From assembly GCF_009914755.1 (NCBI RefSeq), contig NC_060929.1: 64,000 nt of DNA, one strand, 5' to 3'. The position numbers and the translations under genes were made by a program. This DNA comes from the human T2T-CHM13v2.0 reference genome, Homo sapiens. Below are positions 16,470 to 31,435 of the stretch, in pieces (within the stretch, counting starts at the first letter, position 1; each line of letters begins with the position of its first letter). The notes under the pieces were generated by a model. The model did no database searches. It was not told where the DNA came from and saw only the letters and a list, made by a program, of their open reading frames with translations.

Positions 16470-16785
16470 GTGTCATATAATATGAGCCACAAACGAAAAC
16501 TACATGTGTTACTTTTAAATTTTCTAGTAGCCTATTAAAAAAGTAAAAACAAAACAAGTAAAATAAATTTTAATATGCTTTATTCAGTCTATTGTATCAC
16601 AAATATTATAATTTCAACACCTAATCAAAATATAATTATTAATGATATATTTGATATCTTTTTCTTTGTTGTAAGTTCTTGAAATATGGTGTATATTTGA
16701 TACTTATAGCACTTGTCAACTTAGATTAGCAATATTTTAAATGTTGAGCCACATGAGGCTAGTGGCTACCTTATTGGGGTGGACT
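16470..16785 (+). mobile_element. MER33 (hAT-Charlie non-autonomous DNA transposon)
   Basis: ttttaaattttctagtagcc...gccacatgaggctagtggctacc. Confidence 0.85.
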
Positions 16786-17146
16786 CTGTTTTAGTTCTGT
16801 TTTTTTTTTTCCCCAAGTCAACAGTATTCTTTATTAAGAGAAGCTGCAATTACGTGCTTTTGACTTCCACTTTGGAAATATTGTTAACTGTCTCTAATTA
16901 CAGATTTTTCTACCCTGTCCTCAGAAATGTTGGCTTCCATTTAATGGTAGACCAATATCTCTGGGATATTTTCCTAAGCTGCTGACACTCATTTATCCAG
17001 TTCAATGCTGGCCGTTTCAGGTTTCCTCATGTTTAAACAATGATAAGTATAACCAATTGCTACATAGTGGTGTTTTGGGAGGAACGCAGGTTTCCTAGTT
17101 TCATGGAAAATAGAATTTGTATAACTTTCCTGTTCTCTAATTTGTG

Positions 17147-17343
17147 TGTAAAAATTTATACGTAAAATAAAAAGGCTATTCATACTATTCCATTTGAAAA
17201 TTGAAAATTTCCTTGGTATTTAATATGTTGCCGTATCCCTATTTTAATTTGTATTTTTTTGTCTCCACATTTTCTACCTTTATAATATTGGCAAAAGGGT
17301 GTCGGCTGCATTAGTTTTGGTGAGGAACCAGCATTGTTCTGAT
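17147..17343 (+). repeat. Dispersed direct repeat, copy 2
   Basis: Aligns to 15830-16026 at an offset of ~1317 bp. Confidence 0.93.
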
Positions 17344-17576
17344 GGTTGTCTCTATTATATATATTTTTCTTTAATTTCTATTTTTATTTTGCCACATATC
17401 TTTACTTGTATTATATGAGATATTACTATCTTGTTATTTTTCTAACATCCTCAGTAGGATGTTTAGCACATTTTTCCATCTTTCTTCTTTTCCAATTAAA
17501 GCTACTTAAAGTGATAAACCTCTGGTTATCTATTACAATAACAACTAACCTCTAAACATACCTGATACATAGACAT

Positions 17577-17607
17577 ATAGATAGATAGAAAATAGATAGA
17601 TAGATAA

Positions 17608-17653
<46 letters not shown>
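17577..17653. repeat. (GATA)n tetranucleotide STR
   Basis: About 19 units, the last ~11 uninterrupted. Confidence 0.97.
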
Positions 17654-17919
17654 GTCTCATGAATCTGCAGCATTCGGTGAACTTTAGCTAACTTCAGCTA
17701 ACTTCAGCTCGACTTTACTGATTGAGGATGTACTTGCTGGGTCAGTCCTGGGTTATCTCCTTGTCTCTGCTGATCGTGCCTGGGCTTGCTCACCTGTCTG
17801 GAGGTTGAACAGATTTGGCTGATCTTAGATAGCCTTGGCCTGGACCACTAGGAAGACTCAGCTCTGATCCACATCTCTAGCATCTCTTCCTCTTACTGGG
17901 AATGATGGGTTAGCTTGTG

Positions 17920-18287
17920 TGTCATGGACTGAATGTTTGTGTCCCCTTAAAATTGATGCTGAAACCCTAACCCTGTAATGTTACAGTATTAGGAAGTGGG
18001 GCCTTTAGAAGGTAATTAGATTAAGAGGGTGAAGCCCTTGTGAATCGATTAATGCCTTTATAATAAGAGACAGGGGAGCTTGCTTCCTCTCCCTGCTCTC
18101 CACTAAGTGACCATTCAATGAAAAGAGAGTCATCTGCAAGCCAGGAAGTGGACTTTTACAATGCTGGATCTGCTAGCACCTCAATCTTGGGCTTTCCAGA
18201 CTCATGACCTGTGAGAAATAAATTTCTGGTGTTTAAGCTGCCCGGTCTACAGTATTTTTCTTACAGAACCCTGAAATGTCTAAGATA
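17920..18287 (+). mobile_element. MaLR solo LTR (MLT1A-like)
   Basis: tgtcatggactgaatgtttgtgtcccc...ctaagata; perfect 5 bp TSD ttgtg. Confidence 0.88.
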
Positions 18288-18665
18288 TTGTGCATGTTCT
18301 ACTCATGGTAATGGCAGAAGACAAGAGTGAAAGCATAAACAGGGAAAAGCTTTTAAGAAGTCTCTACTAGTGTTACTTCTCATATCTTCCCATTGCCCAT
18401 GGCAAGTCACATGGTCAACACCATTACAGTGGGGAAGGCACTACAATGTTACATTTTAAAGGGTCTGGATACAGAAAGGGTTAATTGATACTGTCAATAT
18501 TGATGTTCTACCATAGTTTCTCTATTACCACTTTTTCCCCTTACCTCTTTAAAATGTATTCACTTATAAAATATTTTTCCTGCTACTTGATACCTAGAAG
18601 CATAAATATAAATAATAAACATATTTTACATTTATTATTTTTAGTTCTCTATATTTTCTAACTAT

Positions 18666-19248
18666 TAAAGAGGTTCAAAACATGCCACCACAGAGTATTG
18701 CACTTTGGCATATTGATTATTTTCAGTTGAAGGCACTTGAGAAACGGCAGAGGCAGGAAGGGCTCTCTGACTTCTCCCTTTCTACCTAAAAGCAGGTCAT
18801 AAAGTTATCTATGAGAAAGATATCCTTCCTGTACCAGAAAGAGAAGAATATTCTTTTCACTGGAGACTAGGAGTCAACCTCAAAATGGATCTATATAAAC
18901 AAACCTACTAAAATAACTCTCATTTTTCATTAGTTTCCTCCATGTATTTCCTAGTCATTTTCCCGCACTTTAGCACCTCCCAAAGCATAAGTGCCATTTC
19001 CTTGTCTTGTCATTTCTCCACAAATTTTTCATTCTTTGTTTAAAAATGTATATAAGCTGTCAGTTTTAAGACTAGGTTATAGTCAGTTTTAACTTTACTA
19101 GGTCTTCATTTTCCCTATATGCTCCTATGTCCACATAAAAAATATTAAATAAAATTTGTATGTTTTTCTCCCATTAAAATGTCTTATGTCAGCCCAGTTC
19201 TCAGATACAGCCAAAGAACAGGAGAGAAAAAGTTATTTCTCTCCTATG
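18666..19248 (+). mobile_element. ERV1 solo LTR (MER34 family)
   Basis: gttcaaaacatgccacc...cactttggcatattgattatttt start; tatataag TATA and aataaa in the expected order. Confidence 0.8.
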
Positions 19249-19687
19249 TTACCATTGTGTTTTTAAATCCAAACATATGTATTAATATTATGAGGTTTTT
19301 TTCCTTATTTATTTCTAATTGTATTGCAGGTAAGGGAGAGATCAGGAAGTTTCTTTGGCTGGTGACTATAAGTGCAGTAAGTTCCTTTAACATTCTCTGG
19401 GTATAGCAAACCCTTAGTAGTACATTATTTTCTCTGTGGGAACTTTTGCAGACTCTGAAATTCCTTTATTTTAAATTATCAGCTGTATGTCCTTTGGTTC
19501 TCTTCTTCCTTCAGTCCCTGGAATTTTCCCAGTTTTCTGCTTCACATATATTTTCACGGTTGGGCTACTAATGCCTGTCTGGACCGACTTTCAGTTGGAA
19601 CCCACCTTGGCTCCAGGCAGGCTCTATCTCCTGTATGACCCATACCTCCATCTTTGGGAAGCATTCCTATATCCTTTGATGTAATAA

Positions 19688-20019
<332 letters not shown>

Positions 20020-20130
20020 TTAAAAACTTCTTTCCTTTCTTTATCTACTTCCAGTGCTGAGTACCTTAGAATACTCCTGAATACTTTTGTTTCAGGATAC
20101 ATCTTGAATATATTTATTATTTTCAGTGAA

Positions 20131-20397
20131 TTATTTTTGAGACAGGGTCTTACTCTATCTCCTAGATTGAAGTGCAGTGGCAGGATCATATTCACTGTAA
20201 CCTTGAAGTACTGGGATCAAGCGATCTTCCTGCCCAGCCTTCTGAGTAGCTGGGACTACAATGCATACCACCTTGCCCAGCTAAATTTTTTTTTTTTTTT
20301 TTTTTTTGCTAGTCTCAAACTCCTGGCTTCAGGCAGTCCTCTCGCCTTGGCCTCCCAAAGTGCTGGGATTACAGGCTTGAGCCACTGTGCCTGGTTA
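20131..20397 (-). mobile_element. AluJ with internal deletion
   Basis: Diverged arms; the T-run joins directly to gctagtctcaaactcc. Confidence 0.88.
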
Positions 20398-21489
20398 CAT
20401 CCCAAATATAAATTGAATCCTGAACAATATATCTCAAATATAAACATAATAAAGATCAGTACATTTCACGACTGTATTCTTAGACTCTTAATTTTAAGGA
20501 CTAGATTTATTTTTTGTAAATTAAATTTTTTAAATTTGACAATATGTAATAAATGTAAGTTGTAAATGATCATAGAAAGGATTGTATTCTGATCTTTTCT
20601 TTCAAGAATGGGAGGAAATCACCTTAATGTATTTGACTGTCTACTTATTCCATTTGTGGATGAAAAAATAATTTCTCAGTGATAGACTGCAAAATTGTAA
20701 GAGAAAATGGTAAGGAGAGAGAAGTAAATGTTATTTGGCTTTAGTTGTAAATAGAAAATAAAATATACAAATGTGTATATTATTAAACTTTTGAAATAGA
20801 CTTAAATTGCTAATTCATAGTAAAAGACTTTAGTTAGAATAAGTAATTCAGTAACAGACTGCTATATTAGCCAACTGAAAAATAAATTTTTAATAACATG
20901 TAATCTAAACAGATCTTGTGTTATGTAATTTAATTTTTTAAAAAAGAGAAAGAAATCATGCAGACTGGCTCATGCAGTCATTTAAGTCTTAAAAGCTGAA
21001 TGAATTTCAGTATCAAATTTTATTTTTTCTAAGTTTTATTTTTCTAAAGTATCTTTGGTGTAATTTTAACCATTACCTTACCTGTAAATAATCTATTTCT
21101 TATGTTTTGTGTAAAATCTTATTTGAAAGAAAAAACAATGAACATGGAAACAAATGTAACTTAAAAATGAATCAGCATTTTGGAAAAAAAGCATTATTGG
21201 ATTTCAAATTGCCTTGAGAAATAAATTAAACATATGTAAACCTGAGTAATCTTTCATTTTAATCTCAGAAGTAAACATTTGTGCAAAATACTCTTATTTT
21301 TTTTTAAGGTTGTAAGCTACTGAGGAATACCTGGTAATATTTAGGCAAGTATAAATTTTTACTTCAGAGGATAATTTCAATCAACCCACACGTAGAAAAT
21401 AATGACTTTTTTGATAAATTCATAATTTTATTTTCTATTTTGAAGAAATCCAGAGGGCTGCAATTCTATTCAATTCACAGGTGGCTGAC

Positions 21490-22695
21490 TCACCTTCATC
21501 ACTCCATAGCAATGGCTTTCCCTAGTATCTCTAATTTCAGTGGACATTTTCAAACCCATTTTACTTAATCCTTTTGCTATAATTCACATTGTTTACAACC
21601 CCTCTTAACTGAAACACTAGTTATCTCTTGCTTTTGTGATATTAGACCTACCAGTTTTTATACTGGCCACATTTCAGTTTTGTTTTGATGCTTTCTACCC
21701 TACCTGTTACAGTTCGAAACTGGGCATTCATTTCTTCCCACCCTTGGCTCTAGCCCATACTGTTTAGTCAAATCCATATTTTATTATGTCTATGCCCTAA
21801 TTACTTAAAAAAAAGCATGTCTTCCAGCTCTATACTTTTGTGTAAAAATATAGTGAAAACAGAACAAAATTCTAACTGAATAAGATAGAAAATTGAAGTA
21901 TCTCTTGATATTTATTGTTCAAGTCTTACCTGCTATATAGTTTATTACTAACTCCTTTCAAAATTATCCACTTAAATGTGACCACTCTTCTCTATCTCTA
22001 CCTCATCTTCCCTATTTTGAGTTACCTGTGTCTTCTGTCTCTGGTCTTGTTTGGTGACTTCCTACCAGTTCTTTCAATGTTCATCTTTATTATTATCTCA
22101 CTATAGTGCAGCCATAAGGCTCATTTAAAAAGAAAAAATATATCACATTAGTCTCTCATTTAAAATATTTTAAAATAATTTAGTTTGCCTTCTGGACAAA
22201 ATCTACAATCCTTCAGACCAATAAAAATATTAATATCAAGCTATGCTTTTTCTTTGTAGTCTTTAGCCATTATTTCCATCAATTCCTGTGGTAGAATCAG
22301 ATTGGCCTTGTGCTATTCCTTCCCTCTGTCAAATTTTTGTTCTCCTTAGTGTATTTGAACATGTTCCTACTATTCAAAGCAGTTGCTCCACATTCATTGC
22401 CAAATTCATTCTTACTCATCTTCAGAGTTCAGAGTAAATCTTTTTGAACTATCCATAATGTCAGATGCTAGTGCTTTATTTTCACAAGTCACATTTGATT
22501 TCCCATCATATCACTTATCATCTCTCTAACTGTATAATTATGTGTACTATTACTTGATTAGTCTTTATATCTTCCATTTGATTCTCAGTACCACAAGGTT
22601 ACAACCTATGGGTGTGGCTCAAAGTCATATGAACAAATCCAATGCATGTCTATAAAATTGTAATTTCTCCATAAATATTTGTTAAAATAAAAATA
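21490..22695 (+). mobile_element. L2 remnant
   Basis: Pyrimidine-rich L2-like body ending ataaatatttgttaaaata. Confidence 0.6.
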
Positions 22696-22759
22696 AGTTC
22701 TGTTGCATAAATCATGATATGTTTAAATATATTTAAACTAAAAGAGGATGGATTTTTTT

Positions 22760-22958
22760 AAAAAATTAAAAATAGAACTATCATTCAATTAAGCAATCCC
22801 ACTACTGGGTATCTACCCAAAGGAAAAGAAATCACTATAACAAAAGATACCGGCACTCATATGTTTATCATAGCACTATTCACAAGCAACAATATGGAAT
22901 CAACATAAGCGTCCAGCAGTGGAAGATTGGATAAAGAATATGTGGTGTATGTATACAC
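22760..22958 (+). mobile_element. L1 fragment (ORF2 end/3'UTR)
   Basis: agcaatcccactactgggtatctacccaaagg. Confidence 0.85.
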
Positions 22959-23604
22959 TGATATGGTTTGGCTCTGTGTCCCCAGCCAGATCTCATCTTG
23001 AATTGTAATAATCCCATGTGTCAAGGGTGAACCAGGTAGAGAGATAATTGAATCATGGGTGGTTTCCCCCATACTGTTCTCTTGATAGTGAGTGAGTTCT
23101 CATGAGATCTGATGGTTTTATAAGGGTCTTTTTCCCCATTTGTTCAGTACTTCTCCTTGCTGCTGTCATGTGAAGAAGGACGTGTTTGCTTGCCCTTCCA
23201 TCATGATTGTAAGTTTCCTGAGACCTCCCAGCCATGCTGAACTATGAGTCAATTAAATCTATTTCCTTTATAAATTATCCAGGCTTGAGTGTATCTTTAT
23301 TAGTAGTGTGACTCTGTTCTCACACTGCTACTTGGTACCACAGAGAGTGGGGTGCTCCTATAAAGATACCCCAAAATGTTGAAGTGACTTTGGACCTGGA
23401 TAGCAGGCAGAGGTTGGAACAGAGTGGGGGGCTCAAAAAAGACAGGAAAATGTGGAAAAGTTTGGAACTTCCTAGAGACTCATTGAATGGCTTTGACCAA
23501 AATGCTGATAGTGATATGGACAATGAAGTCCAGGCTGAGGTGGTCTCAGATGGCGATAAGGAACTTGTTGGGAACTGGAATAAAGGTGACTCTTACTATG
23601 TTTT
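22959..23604 (+). mobile_element. THE1 (D-like) LTR 22959-~23311 plus 5' part of the THE1 internal sequence
   Basis: tgatatggtttggctctgtgtcccc start; internal ttggtacca...gaagtgactttgga...gtccaggctgaggtggtctcagatgg. Confidence 0.9.
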
Positions 23605-23761
23605 TGCTATTATGTATCATATCAGTATATGTATACATACACTGTTATACATAAATATACATATTAGTGGATACATATCAGATATACATTATCAGTCACA
23701 TATACATACACACACACACACATACATAGTTATTTCAGTGTATTTATAAATATACTTTCAC

Positions 23762-24119
23762 TGATATGGTTTGGCTATGTCCCAAATCTCATCCTGAATT
23801 GTAGTTCCTGTAATCACCATGTGTCATGGGAGGGATCTAATGGGAGGTAACTGGATCATGGGGGCAGATTTTTCCCATGCTGGTCTCCTGATAGTGAATA
23901 AGTCTAATGAGATCTGATGGTTTTATAAAGAGCAGTTCCCTGCACACGCTCTCTTGCCTGCCACCATGTAAGATGTGCCTTTGCTCCTTCTTCACCTTCT
24001 GCCATGATTGTGAGGCTTCCCCAGCCATGTAGAACTGTGAGTCCATTAAACCTCTTTTACTTTATGAATTGCCCAGTCTTGGGTATTTCTTCATAGCAGT
24101 ATGATAACAGACTAATACA
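23762..24119 (+). mobile_element. THE1 (C-like) LTR
   Basis: tgatatggtttggct...gactaataca. Confidence 0.9.
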
Positions 24120-24280
24120 AACACACACAAACACAAAATTGTAGAGTACTGTGTTTTATTCTTACTGATGTTATTTATAAAGTACAATAGAAGCATAAAA
24201 TAAAAGTACCTAAAACTGTTGATAGCAAAATTCTCACCTAATATAATGAAGAAGTTAAGACTTAAAAAATAACTGGGAGA

Positions 24281-24591
<311 letters not shown>

Positions 24592-24945
24592 TCAATGAGT
24601 AAAGGAAGTGAGAACATTGTCTGCAGAGGAAACAGAACTAGCGCATGTATGTGGGCATGAGAAAGTGACATATTCACTGAACCACACTCATTTTTCTGAG
24701 AATTAATATGCATGCTGAACAGAAAAAAAGTCCTAGATTATGACAGAGCCTGAATTTACATTTTATCCTTTAGGCAATGGAAAGTCACTAAATATTTTAA
24801 GTAGAAAAGGGATATAAATAATTGGAATAATTCTCATGTTAGAATAATTATCAAAATTATTCGTGTTGAAATAATTATTCCAGTGACTGTTCTACATGAA
24901 AGAGATGAAAATCTGAGTTAGAGAAGAGAGCAATTAGTAGACTGA

Positions 24946-25411
24946 TGTTTTAGTTTTCTAGGGCTGCTGCATCAAGGTACCACGAATTGGGTGGCTTAAA
25001 CAAGAGAAATGTATGATCTCACAGTTCTGGTGGCTGGAAGTCCTAAACCAAGGTGTTGTCAGGGATAGTTCCTTCTGAGAGCGGTGGGGGACACTCTCTT
25101 CATGGGTCTTTTCTAGCTCCTGGTGGTTTGCTAGCAATCTTTGGTGGTACTTGGCCTGAAATTGCATTCTCCAACCTCTGCCTTCATCATCACATACCGT
25201 TCTCCCCAGGCGCATGCCTCTCTCTGTACCTAAATTTCTTCATTTTTATAAGGACATCGGTCATATTGGATTCAAGTACACCCTAAAGACCTTATCTTAC
25301 TTTAATTATCTGCAATTACTCTACTTCCATATTAGGTCATATTTTGAGGTATTGGGGTTTAGGATTTCAAACAGGTATTTGTGGGTAGGGGGCACTATTC
25401 AAACCATAGCA
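24946..25411 (-). mobile_element. MaLR solo LTR (MLT1B/C-like) within an L2 remnant
   Basis: tagttttctagggctgc...ggtggcttaaacaa...attcaaaccatagca. Confidence 0.85.
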
Positions 25412-26521
25412 GTTGGCAAACAATATGGACCTGCCTGAACTAAGTAAGGGAGAGAAGGGAGAACAAGGACAACAGGAAATATATTTAAATTATGAAGGAC
25501 AGCATTTGCTAACTCTCTAGATTTAAAGAAAGAGGAACAAGGAGGCATCACTACTCATTCAGGAATTAGAATGGTTGATAATATCATTCAGTCCAATAAG
25601 ATTTCTCATGGATTAATCTATTTCTCTTCAATTTTTTAATAAAATACATAATAAAACATATATAAAAGAAGAAACTGTATTTTATAACTCACAGTGCTAA
25701 AATTTATTTTCCATTTTTTGATTTACTTTGATTTAGATATTTGTTCAGTGTTTGTAATTTATGAACATCAGCTTGCTTAGGTTAAGTAAAATCTACCAGC
25801 TATTCATAATAGTTTCTGGTAGTCTATAATGGTTCAGCACACATCTTTCTTTCAAGTTGTATACTATCATATCAACTGTCCACTGGATATCTATACTTGG
25901 TTATCTAGAAATATTCTCTTACTCAGCATGTCTAAAACTGGATTCAACATCCTCCTCCATAGAGCTGCTCTTTCACAGCCTTTTCTATCCCAGCAAACAT
26001 TGCTACAATCAATTCATTCATGGAGGCAAAAATATGTTTTGAATATCTACTATAAGATAGGCAAGTTTGTTTTAGGTACTAGTCATACAGTAATTTTAAA
26101 AGGAGACTTTTTTGCCTTTAAAAATCTTACTGTCAAGGAATGGGTGTAGCAAAGGAAAAATCAAGTAAACAAGTAAACAACATCGATACAGATTGTGATA
26201 AATGCAGTGAAGGAAAAGAGCAGGATGACATATGTAGTACAGTTAAACCACCTTTAAAAGGGTTGCATAGGGAACTGAAATGTGAATGTTATATGCAGAG
26301 AGACAGAGAAAAAGAATTATATGCAGAAGGACTTTTAAAAGCAAATCTATAGGGATAGATATGAGTTTGGCACTTTGGAGAGAAATGGACAAAGTGTCTA
26401 GAAGATAGTGAGAGAAGAAGGATGTAGTTTGAGATGGCACCTTAGAGATAAGTAGAGGCCAGGTTGTATTAGGCACAGAGGCTATACTAAGGAGTTATAA
26501 TGCTATTTTAAGAATAGTGGG

Positions 26522-26737
26522 CTGAGTTGAGGGATAGGGCCTTGAGAATGATAGCTAAGGGGTATAGCTCTTTTGTGTGTTTTTATTTTGAGAGTACAAA
26601 AATATTCTAAAATTGATCATGGCTCTGGTTGCACAACTCTGTGAATGTGTAAGAAAATTAATTGTATATTTTAAGTAGGTGAATTGTATGGTATGTGAAT
26701 TATATCTCAATAAAGCTATTTAAAAATCTAAAACAAG
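26522..26737 (+). mobile_element. Short L1MB-type 3' end
   Basis: gaattatatctcaataaagct terminus; 11 bp TSD agaatagtggg at 26511-26521 and 26738-26748. Confidence 0.88.
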
Positions 26738-27229
26738 AGAATAGTGGGAAACCATGTAAGTGTCTGAGACACAGTATGTAAAGGTCTGATTCATTTTATG
26801 AGACAATAATTCTGTCCTATGACGTATACGCTCTAGTTGTGTAATCATGAATGCTAGAAGACAAATTAGTAGGCTTCCGCAATAGACAAGGGAAGAAACA
26901 AAGGTGGTGAATTAGAACAATTGTCACTGTGGATATGGCTAATGATGTATATTTTGGAGGAAAAAGTGACATGTACTGATGGTGATTTGATTTTAGCTAC
27001 TCAAAGAGAGGAAGAAATCATGAATTGCCCCAGAATTGTGGCTTGAGCAATTGATAATGTTGGTCTTTATGGAACTGGCTAGACTATTAGGAACATCTGT
27101 GAGGAAAAATGACATGGTAAGGTTGAGACATATGAAACATCAAAGTAGAGATATCAAATAGTTTGTATGGACACCTACAAGAACATTCATGTTTGGAGAT
27201 ATAAATGTGTAATTAACAGAAAGCCATAT

Positions 27230-27610
27230 ATAATGAGATATACTGCCTGCTTCTCCCTCATGGAAAGATTTACTGACCTCGGTGATGGGAGTGCTGGCAG
27301 CAGAGAGCCTCCAGTTATCAGCACCTTCAGGGGCTGCTCTGCTAAAGAATGCTCCTTCTCCCCAAAACACACATTTTCAGAGCAAGTGTCAATAACTGTT
27401 CGCAGTGAAGATATAAAAACTTGACTTAGTAGGACAACTCTAGGCCACTGTTCTCTGGTATTTCCTATGGGGTTGGATTGTTCAACCTGCACTGCAGTTT
27501 GACTTTTTCCTTTGCCCAATCCTACTTCTCACCTTCCGCAAGTGTTGATCCCTAATAAATATTCTGCATACCAGATTCCATCTCTGTGCTTGTTTCCAGA
27601 GAGAAATTCT
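27230..27610 (+). mobile_element. ERVL solo LTR (LTR16A-like)
   Basis: ttgcccaatcctacttc...gttgatccctaataaatattctgca...catctctgtgcttgtttcc. Confidence 0.75.
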
Positions 27611-28612
27611 GGAAAAATCTCTTCCATAGATTTATTTGTGATAACATTGCATTTGATGAAGAATTTTATGGAATAAGCTAGATTGGGAAAAGAAGAAGAG
27701 AGAAAAGATGAGAAAAGGGAGAGTACAAGAAATGAGAAACGAAGATAAAACACGACAGAGAAGATAAAAAAAAAGTGAGATAAAGAGATGGAAAAGCGAG
27801 GGGAGGAGAGGGGAAGGGAGGGGAGGGGAGGTGATGGGAGAGAAGAATTACAGAATCAAGTCCTGGTCCAAGATTCAAGAAACTTAAGTTTTGGAAATGA
27901 AAAAGAATAAACAATCATGAAAAAGACACAATTCATGAATAACAGTAGAATGAGCCAGCATCACTATCAGTGAAGCAATTACTCATGATATCAACACAAA
28001 AGATATTCTTGAAACTTAATATGTATCAACTTCACATATAGTCACTTTTTTACATTTTTATTTTCTAATATGCATTTAAACTCACTAGTTGCACCTATTT
28101 ACATTGTGTCCACCTTTGTACAAACCACCATCTTCTCTACCCAGATCAAGCAGTACCATCGTAACTGGTTTCCAGACATCCTCTTGTGTCCACCTGCAGT
28201 TCAATCTCTACAACCCAAAAGCAAGTGTGCTTTTTAAGAGTCTTTTAGGGTATTTTTATGTTCACAACAAAATTGAGAATCATGTACAAAGATTTTCCAT
28301 GTACTTCCTGACCCCACACATGCATAAACTCCCCCTTTATCAACATGCCCCACCAGTGTGTTACATTTGTTACAACTGATGAACCAACCTTGACACATCA
28401 TTATCACTCAGAGTCCGTAACACATATTAGGGCTCAATCTTGGTGTCACACATTCCATGGGATGGACAAATGTACAGTGGCATATATCCATCACTATAAT
28501 ATCATACAGAATATTTTAACTGCCCTGAAAATCCTCTCTTCTCCATTTATTCATCCCTCCTACCTCACCTCCAATCACTGGCAACCACTGACCTTTTCTA
28601 CTATCTCCATAA

Positions 28613-28917
<305 letters not shown>

Positions 28918-29283
28918 AGTTTTACCTTTTCTAGAAGGTCATATAGTTGGACTCATACAATATGTAGTGTTTTCAGATTGGCTTCTTTCACTTCATAATA
29001 TTAACTTAAGGTTTCTCCATGTCTTTCAATCATCTGATAGCTCATCTTTTTACTGTGGAATAATATTCTATTGACTCAATGTACCACGGTTTATCTCTTC
29101 GTGTACTGAAAGACGTCTTGGGTGTTTTAAGTTTGGGCAATTATGAATAAAGCTGCTATAAACATCCTTGTTCTGGTTCTTGTGCATACATAAGTTGATA
29201 TGTAGCATATTTTTATATGCTTATATGCTTATTTGTCATCTATATGTCTTCTTCGATGAGGTGTATATTCAGGTCTTTGGCTG

Positions 29284-29597
<314 letters not shown>

Positions 29598-31093
29598 TGA
29601 GTTATAAAGTTTTTAAATAGAAATTTCAGACAACAGTACTTTATCAGATATATATTTTGCACATATTTTTCCCCAGTCTGTGGCTTGTCTTCTCATTCCC
29701 CATTTAATTGTCTTTTATAGAACAAAAGTTATTAAATTTAATGAAGTCTCTCGTCAATTATTTCTTTCTTGGAAACGTACATTTGGTCTTGTATCTTAAA
29801 AGTCATTGGCATATCCACAATCATCTAGGTTTTCTTCTATGTTATTTTCCAAAAATTTTATAGTTATTTATTTCTATTAAAGTTTATGAATCATTGTAAG
29901 TTAATTTTTCTGTAGATTGTAAGGTCTGTGTCTAGATACTTTTTTTTTTTTTTTGCATATGGATGTCCAGTTGTTTCAGAATTATTTGTTGAAAACACCA
30001 CCTTTGCTCCATTGCACTGCCTTTAATCCTTTGTCAAAGATCAGTTGACTATATATATGTGGGCTTATTTTGGGTTCTGTCTGCTGTTCCATTGGTCAAT
30101 TTGTCTACTCTTTTGCTAATACCACACTGTCTTGATTACTGTAACTTTATAGTAAGTTTTGAATTTGGGTAATCTCAGTCCTCTAACTTTGTTCTTCTCT
30201 TCAAATATTGTGTTGGCTATTCTAGGTCTTTTGTCTGTCTGTAAAAACTTTAGGATCAGTTTGTTGATATCCACAAAATAACTCACTCAGATTTTGTCTC
30301 AGATTGCATAGAAGCTACAGATTAATTTGTGAGGAACTAACAGCACAATATTGAGTCTTCCCGTCTATGAACATGAAACATATCTTCATTTATTTAGTTG
30401 ATCTCATTCATCAGATTTTGTAGTGTTTCTCACATAGATCATGTACATATTTTGTTAGATTGATAACTAAGTGTTTACTTTGGGGGGTGCTAATATAAAT
30501 GGTTGTATGTTTTTTATTTCAAATTCCACTTGTTCATTGCTAGTATGTAGAAAAATGTTTGATTTTTGTATGTTAACCCTGTATTCTGCAAACTTGCTAT
30601 AATTGCTTATTACTTTCAGAGGTATTTTTGTCAATTCTTTCAAATGTTTTACACAGAGAATCGTATCATCTACAAACAAAGACAGTTTTATTTCTTTCTT
30701 CTCTGCCTGTATGTATTTTATTTCCTTATATTGTCTTATTGCATTAGCTAGGATTTCCAGTACAATAATGAAAAGGAGTGATGGGAGGGGACATTCTTGC
30801 CTTGTTCCTGATCTTCTTGGGAAAGATTCTAATTGTCAACATTAAGTATGACATTAACTATAGGCTACTTTTGAAAGACATTTCTTTATTAATTTGAGAA
30901 AGTTTCTTCCTATTCCTAGTTTACTAGGAATTTTATAATTGAGTATTAAATGTTGTCAAATGCTTTTTCTGCATCTGTTTATATAATTATATGATTTTTT
31001 GAACTCTTCATATGATGAATTACATTAATTAATTTTTAAATGTTGAACCAGTCTTGTATGCCTTGGATAATTTCCACTTAGTGTGGTATATAA

Positions 31094-31435
<342 letters not shown>

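Larger units (their letters stand above)
17522..18515 (-). mobile_element. Old MaLR LTR (MLT1H-like), interrupted by (GATA)n and MLT1A
   Basis: ggttatctatt start; cccattgcccatggcaagtcacatggtc motif; ends tctaccata. Confidence 0.7.
26012..27900 (-). mobile_element. L2 (L2a-like 3' end and body), interrupted
   Basis: attcattca...ttgaatatctactat start; purine-rich antisense L2 body. Confidence 0.65.

Noticed and set aside
23384-23749. 121 aa ORF (LELPRDSLNGFDQNADSD)
   Set aside because: THE1 internal ORF remnant running into low-complexity filler
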